Below are positions 34,948 to 46,187 of a stretch of 49,556 nucleotides of DNA, in pieces. The notes under the pieces are model-generated. The model did not search any database and was not told the origin of the DNA. It saw nothing but the letters and a program-made list of their open reading frames with translations. A program made the translations under genes and the position numbers. The stretch is from Nemertoderma westbladi (lineage: Eukaryota; Animalia; Xenacoelomorpha). The stretch covers positions 1 to 49,556 of the forward strand of contig JAUCBJ010005925.1 in NCBI GenBank assembly GCA_032718475.1, given 5' to 3'. Numbering within the stretch: the stretch's first letter is position 1; each line of letters begins with the position of its first letter.

Positions 34948-37384
34948 TAAAACGGAATATATGTTTGACAACAACTCCCATGCAAGCCAAGATATAAGTT
35001 ATCTTCAAATTATAATCGTAGACTATAAAATTCAGAGAGGGAAAGGAAAACAACGAACAAAATAAACAAAACTATGACAAATAAAAGGCAAGGGAATAAT
35101 ACAATGAGTATCACATCATAATAAATATTAGAAAAACGAACAAATCTGAGTTGTGTCGTCCAGCCGTCCAGGGTCTACAATTACACAATACACCTGATCT
35201 GGATGGTTAGATCTCGCACCCAGACACAGCACACAGCCAAAACAAAGAATCAGACAAAATCATATATTAGGTTTCCCACAATATAAAATCACGGAAACCA
35301 TGAAATGCAGAAATAAAAATGTTACAAACAATAAAACCTGACAGACAAAATTGATTACAAATCCTACATATTCACTTACAAATTATTCATGTGATGATAA
35401 TACATTGAACTTATGAATCATAACCATTAGCCATCTCATCCCCAAAGCTCCAAATGGCAGCGAATGAAAGAACCGCCTGGATCGCGAAATACAGTCACAT
35501 ACCCACAGCAGCCCAAGTGACAAACCCAACTAACTATGGGACGATGTTGGCAGGCCTACACTTATTACAAAACAAAAGGACAAATGACATTCACAGTATA
35601 AAAGGTAGAGTCAGAACAAATAATTATATTTCCGCTGTAACAATGTGACGTTGAAGTTGGGTCGGTAGGAGTATGACACATGCAGATAATAGTGGCTTTA
35701 TTACTATATAGAAATATAAGAGTAAGCAAGCTCCTACTAATTCGTGCTAATACCATAATACAATTATTATACAGCTGTCGTTACCACAGTTAGGATGTTA
35801 TTGGATGCGGAATGCTCCTTCTTTTTATGCACAAACGGTGAGGACTCACGTACTTACAGCCTTGGAGATCTGTGTGGAATTGAACTCAAACTGTAGTGGG
35901 TGATGCATAACATATAAAATTATGACTGCAAACGCATGTCGCGCCTAATTAATGCATCAATGGCACGCTCCTCGGAGGAGGAGCCTGTCACACAGGATAA
36001 TTAGTTAGAAAAGATTGTAAAAGCATCCAGAATGTGCCAATCTTTCGCATTTACACAGATTAACAGAAACACCAACCTACCTACTTACTTCTCAAGCTGC
36101 CTCCATGTGTCAGTCGTGGAGTTGGCAGAGTGCAATGTGAGTAATTCCATATTGACAAACAAGTGAGCAAGATAAGTTGATGAGTGATGATGTATGTATG
36201 TGAGGCATCTTCACGTTCGCAATGCGATCGCTTCATCTTACTTACGTGTCGACAATATGGAATTGTATACATAGCATATGGAATATATGGAGCGATTGAT
36301 CGTTGGGGAATGGATCAACAACATGAATATCCTGCTTAATTTCAAATTTATACATGCAGACATGCAGTCCCACGGATATTATCATGAAAATTTGCATTGA
36401 ACATAACCCGTGAGGATTCCAAACACCAGAGAAACCCACCAAGGGCTAATCTTGAATGTCCATGGAATAAATTACATATGTGAAGCAACAGCCCACCAAC
36501 GAAGGAATCCTCAAAAAATGTAACTCAATTTCCAATTTAAACTAACGCAATTGAAAATCTCGGCACGACACCAAACCAGTTTCAGATGATAAAATGATGA
36601 ACAACAACCAAGGGATTTATAGGATGTTGTGTCCAAGATGAGGTATTAATTAATTACGGTAAAATCATTGTCTCAAGGGATATTTTCAACGGAGATTAGT
36701 GCTCGGAGTTGGTGATTCGCTTCATACCTCAGCTGGGTAACAATGACGGCCGCTAGCAACTAATGAAAATCACAACATTGCGATTGGGTTTCCGGAGACG
36801 ATATATAAACAAACCTGTTTTCCCAGGGTACATACGGAACCAAAATAATGATGATAACGCTGGCGCATTCTCGTATTTCCTTACGACATAACATTGCAAA
36901 GAAGTTTAATTTCCCAAGAGGGAGACCACGGTATAATAATATGCATTGCTGAAATAAAGTTACTTTGAGAAAGTAAGTAAGCTTGTCTCAAGACAGGCCA
37001 ATCCCAGGGTAAGTGAAGAGTTACGATAGCTGAATAATGAATTCAATTTATAAACTTAAAAGAAGGATATAATATCAGGGGGAGATTTAAACCAGTTAGG
37101 ATGCCATGCATTGGGTATCGGAGCAGAATCAGTTTCATTACGAATTCCCTATATATCTGGAGTTGAAATTGGAAGAGATAACGTCCCATTTGCACACAGT
37201 AGGACAGAAACAACTGGGTATATCACTGATTACAATTAATTAATAGATGTGTCCCATGTTAAGCTGCTTACTAATGTTTCCGGTTTCGTGATGTGTAATG
37301 GTTGCTATGTATCCTTTACCACTTTTAAATAGTTATTATCACTAATCCCAGTGTTATTTCCATTATACCAGGTCAGAATAGTAT

Positions 37385-38292
37385 TTAATTCGCCCATGTG
37401 AAGAATTCCTATGGTTTTCACTTTTCGGTCGCATTTTACTTGAATTTTATATAAAAAATTATGAAGAATTTGTATTTCTCCAAATTTCTCCTTATTAGTG
37501 TTGTATAGCACTTATTTCTGTCTTATAACCAACCTGTATATACTTATGCGTTTATTGTTTTGGTTAGAATCAGCCCTTCTGAGCCTGTATTAAATAGTAT
37601 GGTAGATCACAATGGGGGTGAACAGCAATGAGATATCTACAACAAAACGGAAGTACATCAATCGTGGCCGATGGAGGCCGGTTATTCTAAACCAAACTGT
37701 CAGCGAGTCAAATACAAAGGTTCGTATTGTTGCGTGTGCGTAATCAGAAGTTTAATACTTTTTGTCGATGTTCCCCTGGCAGGTGGTAGACCCCCCGGAC
37801 TCCCTGACCTGTATGAGTATCCATTCATTCTCTAACCTGAGGACTTTTGCACAGTGAATCCTTGGCGCTGGATATCTTCTTCTTTAGCGTCACTGTGGTC
37901 GTTAAATAAGCCAAGAAATTGTCGGGTTTCAACCTAAAGTAAACAATAAGTTATAGAGAAAAATGGAAAAGCGTGGCTTAGTTAAAAAATAAATGTGTGG
38001 CCAATTGTGGGCCCATGTGAATAATACCAGACTTACTGCCGTTATATTTCACTTTTCAGTTACCCCCATGTGAAGAATACCAGGTTTTCAATAAAAACAC
38101 AGGTTACAATAGGGCTGAATCAAACCAAAACAATAAACGAATTAGTATATGTACAGGTTATAAGACAGAAATAAGCGCTATAAAACACTTAATAAAGATA
38201 AATTAAAAAAAATAAAAAATCTTCATATATAAAATTCCAATAAAAAGTTGACCGAAAAGTGAAATCCTGGTATTCTTCACATGGGCGAAATA
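37385..38292. repeat. ~190-bp inverted repeat pair (MITE-like arms) enclosing a profilin-like exon
   Basis: TTCGCCCATGTGAAGAAT..TTTTCGGTC..TGTCTTATAACC..CGTTTATTGTTTTGGTT (37389-37575) is the imperfect reverse complement of 38110-38290. Confidence 0.8.
37837..37933 (-). CDS. Divergent profilin-like protein, internal exon (97 nt)
   Basis: Acceptor ttgtttactttAG|, donor CAG|GTTAGA. Encodes VETRQFLGLFNDHSDAKEEDIQRQGFTVQKSS(G). Phases 0/1 match both neighbouring exons. Confidence 0.72.
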
Positions 38293-40294
38293 AATAAACC
38301 TACCGTATTACTTGAACTTACACTTTAAAGGCCCAATATCCAATATATATATTGATGTACGAATGATATAAGTGCATAAAGTACACACAGAGAACGATTA
38401 AATAATTAAATTAAAACTATAACCCACATCTTAAATGAATTGGAGAACTCTATGCAAAACTATAAATTTAACAAAGACAACAGACGAATAACCAGAATTG
38501 CAAAACGTGGAAGAAAACATAAACACTTTAGTTTCGAGTTAACACCACTTCAGTACAACTAATAGCCAGCCAGACAAAAATACGATAAAGTTAATAACAC
38601 AGAGAATGCAGACAATTCCATGTAATGGATTAATACAAGAACTGTCACTAACAGATAACATGGCCTCTAAAAACCTCGTCCAAGAAATAGTCCACTATAG
38701 GCTTCAAATGAGCCTGTCCTTATTGGCTATTGCTATCTGCTAAGCAACCAACCATCCAAAGATGGTTGGTTGGATGGAGAAGAGAAACCATACATGTTCC
38801 CGTGAAAAGTGGTAATTATGGGGCGAGCCGGCGAGTTAAAACTCCGAGTCATCAGCGAACGGTGCAAATTATGGGGATGTTAGTGTGTCATTGTGTGTTG
38901 GTGTGTCGGAAACCATAATAGGCGGAAGCCAATATATAACTACTACCTAGCGATAGCATGATAACTGTTGGCTGGTAAGATAAGGGCTTACAGTTCTTAC
39001 GTGGCAACAATGCCCAAGACCTACTGATGATTGGGTAGGTGATTAATCATAATTAAATAAATGTAAGAAATAGAGGTAAATTAGGTGATGGGATATAATT
39101 GAGAACAGAGTATAGAAAAGGAAACGATTAAATGATAATGGCAGTGCCCAGTTGGGTGGGGCTGAAAGTAGCTGGTAGTAAAATGTGCCGCAGTGATCGC
39201 GTTCGTTATTAACTATTATTTAAGCGTATTTAATTCACCGAGTGGTGGTTACACAACAACTTTAGTCTCTACATCAAATGGATATTTTTTTAAACATTCT
39301 TTACACCATTATTCAAGGTAAATTAATAATAAACAACAACATATAGCACAATAATAAAATTTATAAGTAATAATAATTATTTTAGTTTAGTTATGGTAGG
39401 GAGCAGAGCCCTACAATGTAGCCCTTTTCGTCAAGTCCCGTGAGCCAGGCGGGTGACGGTGTAATGTACAGACAGACCCATTTTGAGTGTCATGGGATGT
39501 CCTTCAAGGTGATATGTTAATTCAGAAACAAAGCGACATGCTGCGCTGTCAGTGTCAGACACTAAACTGAACTGTAAAACCACACTGCACAACAGCAAAT
39601 AACAAAGTTACCGGTACCTCTAATGTATGTATTAGGATAAGACACATAGTGGGGCGAGCATAAAATAGGTGGAACTATATAATTGCACATTGTATTAGAC
39701 GGGTATATCGAAAATTATAAAAATATGGAGATATACAATTTCCCAAAATTACATGAGATTTTACTGTTCGGTTTAGTGTTTATCAGTTTATATCAGTTTG
39801 AAGAAAGGCCTAGGCCAGAAAGAACTCACTTAATCAATCTATTTCAGTTTGAATTTTCCCCGCTTAATAAAAAATTCCCTGACTACAACAGGTACACTAA
39901 TTTTTATAAAATACCGGTATATTATATTTGCCGCTTTATCTTGTTTATTTGTTTTATTATATTACCAAAAAGCTACATAGAAATTTAATTAGTGAGTCCT
40001 TCAATATCAGGATAATTGGCAAACTACCACAACAGACCAATTATAATCAAACAGGCAAATAGAGTTTAACGATATATATTTAGTGATGAGAGGAAAAGGA
40101 ATGGAGAGCGACGCGAGCAGATAACATTTTACACATTTTCGCTTATGACACATATTATCCTCGAAATATCAAATTCCCGTACGTTTCAATGACTTGTCCA
40201 TTTTTTACAATAATTCCCTGACATTTACGATATCAGCTGTAGGCGTACTATACATAGTATTGTTAATATATAGTCAGTAGACTAGCGTACTCAC

Positions 40295-40392
40295 GTTGAC
40301 AACGTGTGATAACCAACCCCGGGAGTATACGTGGCTTCCTTGAGTAGATATCAGTAAAGCACTGCAGATTACTTTCGACTTGAACAATTTAT
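40295..40392 (-). CDS. Divergent profilin-like protein, internal exon (98 nt)
   Basis: Acceptor tttttttatAG|, donor AAC|GTGAGT. Encodes xKLFKSKVICSALLISTQGSHVYSRGWLSHVVN, resembling profilin 'L..tg.v..aai....Gs.vwa'. Ends in phase 0. Confidence 0.72.
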
Positions 40393-40489
40393 CTATAAAA
40401 AAATCACACAATAACTGCAATATGTATCAATAAACTTTGCAGAATATTTTTAACCTTATAACTGAATACTACACCTACTACTACTACTA

Positions 40490-41070
40490 CTGTACTACTA
40501 GGTCGAGCTTACTGTCCAAATGTCAGACAGACAGACAGACAACCGATAGACGGACAAACTACATTCACCCAAATATTAAAAGTGACATCGGAAATGAAAT
40601 CAGCGACCCGAAAACCCCCATTAACCAACCAGACCCCATACAGGTAGTTTTGCGAGAAAGACATTGACGAGTAAAAGACTTTGACGGCGATTATCTCAGA
40701 ATGACATTTTTTCGCACGAAAAATCTGATCCGTCATCTCATAAGAACTCATCCGCCATACCTTGCAATTTTTGCTTTATATGAAAGGTAATTTCACGCAC
40801 TTTTCTTACCTTGACAAAATTTAATTTTTTAATTTAATTTGGGTTTTTTCAGTTTTTAAAAATTTAATTATTATTTTTACAAAATTGTCAATTATCAGAA
40901 ATAGAAAACGAAAATACAAAATGTGGGTGAAAAATATGATGAAAATGATCATGCTGGTTCCAAAAAATGTGGTATCGAAAAATAAAAATTGAGAATAACG
41001 GAGGATTAATCTTTTCAGTGAAATTTTTAAAATCTCACGCAGGCCGCTAAGAGGCGACAAGTATTTTTTT
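40490..41070. mobile_element. Possible non-autonomous Helitron/Helentron (DINE-1-like) element
   Basis: Internal (GACA)n microsatellite near one end, GAAATCAGCGACCCGAAAACCCC motif, and a GC-rich patch followed by CAAGTA-T-run at the other end. Confidence 0.4.
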
Positions 41071-41356
41071 TTATTATTTTATTATTATTTTATTTTTTTT
41101 TATTTACTTTTGATGATTCTCTATCCGATTGTATATGTAAATAAATTATTATTACATCCCATTTTTATACTAGCTAATATTAGAAAATTTGATATTATAA
41201 ATATATCACTGGACATATTAGCTATATATTTTGAAATAATTGTTATTTTCTTGAGCAACAAGTTTTCCACGTGTCGAGCAACAAGTTTCAGAAAATTTTT
41301 TTGTTCCGTGTGAGGGGGTCTTATTGTCCTTTTATTTATCATGACAACATTTATAA

Positions 41357-43221
41357 TGGGGTAGACGACTCGGAAATTTTTTTTCGAGTTTTCGTTGGTT
41401 TCATGTGAAAGAGCATGTGAAAAAACCCCAGAGAGCAATTTTACTTAGAAAAAATTAATATTGGCCGAGTTATAGCGATTTTAAAACGCAAAATTAGCAA
41501 CATCGAAAAATCAGGCCGTTTCAGAAAACTGCACTAGTGACGTCAGCCATAACACAGCAACAGTTGTCAAGCGCAGTTGATTGGCTAATATAAAGTATAA
41601 TATTGCAGTATCTAAAATAAAACAAATAATAAATGTAGCTATGTATTTATTTGGATGTGTATTTATGTTGTGTTAAAAATCGATTATAGGATAGCGGTAT
41701 GGAGCCAAATTATTCATATCAAGTTAATTATTCTAGAATAATATTGATTTCGCCCATACCTGTATCGTAGAGCTGTATGTAGCTAAAAATAAATATAGCT
41801 AGCTAAATACTGCCAGGCGTTTCATTAATCTATTTTTTAATTGTTTTTACAGCGAACAATGCGGGATGGGTAGATTAGCACTAGATGGAAATTATTTAGT
41901 TTTTTTTTGTCAGTTCACTGTAAAGTGTTACTGGTACTAGTGTTGCACGTGTCACCATTCTTCTGCCTTTCATAATAGCTGTTTTTGGTTTGACATTCAA
42001 AAATATCAAAATACCAAAAAATACCAAAACATAATGTTTTGGGCTATAGGTTTATGTTCTTGACATATTTTGGCTAGTTACATGTGAAAAAAAAATGTTT
42101 TAAAGAAAATAAAAACAAATGTTTGTGGTAGCTAGTGTTTTCAATGGTATGTACTGTTTTAATATTGTAGCTAGTGTTTTTATAAAATACCACAAAATCT
42201 TATTTTTTGATGCCATTTCAGATGCCATTACACCAACGCAAGTGGTAGAAGTAAAATGCCCAACATTAAAACATGCCATTCAAAAATCTTATCTTACACA
42301 ATCGAATATCGTAAGCGCTAAATTCATGGCACAAATCCAACTTCAAATGCATCTTTGCAATAAACAATGGGCCTTGTTTAGCATCGCAGATCCATCTTTT
42401 GAAATAAATGGCGAAGTGAAAATAGTTGAAGTATCACATGATTCCATATACATGCAAAGTTTACTGAAAAGTAGTCGTAGCTTCTGGAAGGAATATATAT
42501 TTCCCAAAATTGTGAAAAAATAGATAATTAAAAAATGTAAATAATACAGTAGTTATAGTTCAACTAAATTCTGATTAATGCTGATTGTATTGAGATGGCA
42601 GCTGAAGATATTTTTACTACGTCATCCATTACAGCTACATGGACTAACTATCAACTATCAATCGGAATTCAATAATTTAACTTGTATAAAAATAATTACA
42701 ATCGAAAAAGTGCGAATCCACAATCTAAACCAAAGTAATCTAAGTTTTGAAGCTGAATAAAACATCAATAAGCTACTGGATTTCTCCCACCTGGCAGTTT
42801 TAGCTACAAATATATTTTATTTGTATAGCTAACAACTGTATAGTTTGGGAAAAATAATTATTATTCTGGAATAATTAACTTGTCATGAATCAATTTCCAC
42901 ATTAAGATATCAAATAAAGGATTCTTAACACAACACAAAAACACACCAAATAAATATTAGCTACACAATTTATTTTAGTTACTAAGAGATTTATATTGTA
43001 TAGTAACCAATGAACATTTACTGCTGCACTAGTGACGTCACTAGTGCAGTTTTCTGAAACGGCCTGATTTTTCGATGTTGCTAATTTTGCGTTTTAAAAT
43101 CGCTATAACTCCGCCAATATTTATTTTTTTTAAGTAAAATTGCTCTCTGGGGTTATTTCACATGCTCTTTCACATGAAACCAACGAAAACTCGAAAAAAA
43201 ATTTCCGAGTCGTCTACCCCA
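41357..43221. mobile_element. Internally deleted long-TIR DNA transposon carrying a YqaJ-like exonuclease fragment (Kolobok-like?)
   Basis: ~190-bp near-perfect TIRs (41357-41545 / 43033-43221) starting TGGGGTAGACGACTCGG, with degenerate inverted similarity continuing to ~460 bp. TTATAA on both flanks. Confidence 0.88.
42222..42523 (+). pseudogene. YqaJ / lambda-exonuclease-like PD-(D/E)xK nuclease, C-terminal fragment
   Basis: DAI....VVEVKCP....KFMAQIQLQMHLC....ALF....D.......FW..YIFP carries the D..EVKCP and QxQxQM motifs. The N-terminal half is absent. A possible acceptor ttcAG| lies at 42221. Confidence 0.8.
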
Positions 43222-44382
43222 TTATAACTCCATATAAATCGTACTCTAATGTAATAACTATTTCTTTTACAAAAGGAAAGAAACATTTTTTGTCTGACTT
43301 TTTATATAGTAAAATAATTTTTTTCGGTATCAACACTAACCGTACATGTACACCAAATCGGCATTTTTTAAATTTTAGTTATTAGAAGTTTATTACTGTC
43401 TAATTATGACTTTTATTTCTTTATCATAATGTTTTTATGGTAGCTATATAAATAAGTGATTGTTTGGTAGCAAGTGCTTTATGAAAATTTGGCAAATAAT
43501 AATTATAAAATAACATATATTTGGTACTTTCTATACCTCTAAACCAATTAAAATATTAATTAGTACTAGCTAGAATTAATAAGTTATTAACATTTTGTTT
43601 TCATAGTTTTCAATCAATACTAGATTTCAATAGGTACCAGAGCTATTTGTGGTTGTTTATAAGTTCAAGTAGTGTAGTGAAAAGTAATTATTAAAAAAGG
43701 CTAGTTCCGTATAGAACTGAATTTTTAAAACATATGTCATTGTTACGATGGCAACATTGAAGAGTTCTAGAACAATAGAAAAAATAAAAAATATAATGTT
43801 CTAGAACATATAGCTAGGTTTTTTTAATTTTAAAATAGCTAGTAAATTTAACAAATAATACAATTTGGTACCGGTGGATAAATTTTTGAATAATAATATA
43901 AATAAATAATTTTTTTTAATTACTAGCTATATGTTCTAGAACAATAATTTTTTTATTTTATTTTTGTTCTAGAATAGTGTATATTATATATTATTTGTTC
44001 TAGAACTCTTCACTGTAGCCATGGTAACAATGATTTATGTTATAAAAATGCAGTTCTATACGGAACTGTTACCAAAAAAAACACACATATACACCATGTA
44101 TATAATACGAATCAATTCAAAGTGCTACTGCACAGCCCGTCTAACTGAAGGAATATATATAATTGAAATGAGTCCGCCACTGAGGATAGCTTCACGATAA
44201 AAAATGATGGTGTTACCCAAATTTTCGAATATATTTCATATCCTTCATCCAGGGTTAATATAAACAAATATTTGTTTATATTTCCGTGTACTACTGTATA
44301 TTTATTTTTATCTTTTGTAATATATGTAAATATTTATACTGTATATTTTTATCTACGCTATCGTTAGATTCGATCTGATATT

Positions 44383-44549
44383 TTTATTTCCCTGTTCTAC
44401 TGTATACTTATTAGGTTTTTTATATATGATTTTATCCGTTACAATCCTAGTTATTTTATTTCACTGTTCTACTGTATACTTATTAGGTTTTTTATATATG
44501 ATTTTATCCGTTACAATCCTAGTTATTTTATTTCACTGTTCTACTGTAT
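44383..44549. repeat. ~68-bp tandem duplication
   Basis: CTGTTCTACTGTATACTTATTAGGTTTTTTATATATGATTTTATCCGTTACAATCCTAGTTATTTTATTTCA present about 2.3 times. Confidence 0.85.
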
Positions 44550-44651
44550 GTTTTTTTCATCAGCACTACTGTCGACTGTTATTTACTTCTAGTTAATACG
44601 TTATTTATATTTTCCTGCTTTCTGTAGGCCTATGTTTTTATCAGCCCTTTG

Positions 44652-46187
44652 TAGGGATGTCCCGGAATCGATATTTTGATTCCGGCCGGAACCGGAATTC
44701 AACATGCCGGAATATTCCGGTCGCAATTCCGGCCGGAACCGGAATTTTCTATAATTAGTGAAATACACTAAATGACCCATGAAACTGTATAATTTTTTGT
44801 GAAACAGATGAATTTTTTTAATTTCTACAGCTAAGTTTGATAATGAGATGAATCAGAACCTTGGGGGAATTAAGCTGGGTGGAGTGGATAATGACCTGTG
44901 CCGTTATGGCCTATTATGGTGACGGTATGGTACTTCGGCATTATTCAATATCATTTTTTTTCTAAAATCGATAACTTGGCCAAAAGTTAGGGTTTTAGCC
45001 TTTAACTCCTAAAAAACCTACGTTAAACAAAAACCTATGGTTTCGCGTCATTAGGTCCTTTGGTGCAATATCGTGGTGTCTTTAAGGGAAAGGAGCATGT
45101 TATAGAGACATGTTACTCGAACCAAAACAATAAACGACGCCCCTAGTACATCACATGTTACAGTTTAATTGTTGCTGGGAATAAATAGATTTATGGTAAG
45201 AAATGGATTTGCTGTAAATAGTAAAGAAAACTACTATATTATGCAGCACCTACGACGCACGATTGAACTAACGACCACTCGCAGGACCTGTACGTATTGT
45301 AATAACGTTTTATATTAGTTTTAGGTTAGAGTAGTAATTGTAATTGTGTTAATCGTTAATCGAGTTTCATTGCTAACTTTACAATGTTAGCAATTTATTT
45401 AGCCTCCTGTAATTATCATATTATTTAATAATTAATTCAATGTAAAATAATGTACTTAAAATCAATGTCAAATAATGTAAAATCAATCTAAAAAAACGCC
45501 ATTTTATAAGCAAATTGTAATAATTAAATTGGAAAAACTACCCGCTAAGGTCCGTGCTCCATTGGTAAGTCTTATGTAGTCTTAGTCAGAATAAATTATG
45601 GAACACATTGGTTTCAATGGGAGCGTCTCCACTGGTAAATCGTAAGTTACGACCTATAAGTCGAAAGTGATTATGTCCCATGTTCCTTCCATCTTTTGAC
45701 ACATGACTCAAGTGTTATATCCGGCAAGATGCCTGTGATTGGTTACTTTGGGTATAAATATGCAGTAAATGTGAGACACGCATCTTATATTTTCTATCAA
45801 ATGACTTATGACTTGTGTTACCAATGGAGCATTTTGAGATTCTGACTAAGACAAAATCTGAAAACGACTTACCAGTGTTACAAGGGGCTAACCAGGGGAC
45901 ATCTATGCCTTTCATCCTTAAATGTTAGCTCTAACGGTCGAAGAAATCTTTATTTCTATACTTGTTTACAAGTGTTGAAAAGTATCTTAAACTAATTGGT
46001 AATAATGTTTAATAAATATATATAAATGTTGATAATAATTTAACAAACTAATTGCAACTATCAAACTAGATATGAACCTTGCAATTCCGGTAAAATTCCG
46101 GCCGGAATTGACCCAATTCCGGCCGGAACCGGAATCGGGCAAAAACCGCCGGAATTCCGGCCGGAACGGAATTCCGGGACATCCCTA
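44652..46187. mobile_element. Non-autonomous hAT (Ac-like) element, 1536 bp
   Basis: 17-bp TIR TAGGGATGTCCCGGAAT / ATTCCGGGACATCCCTA. Perfect 8-bp TSD GCCCTTTG (44644-44651, 46188-46195). Subterminal TTCCGGCCGGAA repeats at both ends. Confidence 0.95.

Noticed and set aside
35100-37300. Possible ancient LINE remnant on the minus strand (HLGHNI and IPYCRH-like snippets)
   Set aside because: Only very short motif hints among many stops; cannot be supported without a profile search.
38745-38772. Perfect 12-bp hairpin (similar one at 33959-33986) as terminator or ncRNA
   Set aside because: Isolated short stems in a TE-rich eukaryotic intron with no supporting context.
41121-43385. Twin ORFs MLSGV.SHALSHETNENSKKNFRVVYPI
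   Set aside because: Translations of the two TIRs of one transposon, not genes.
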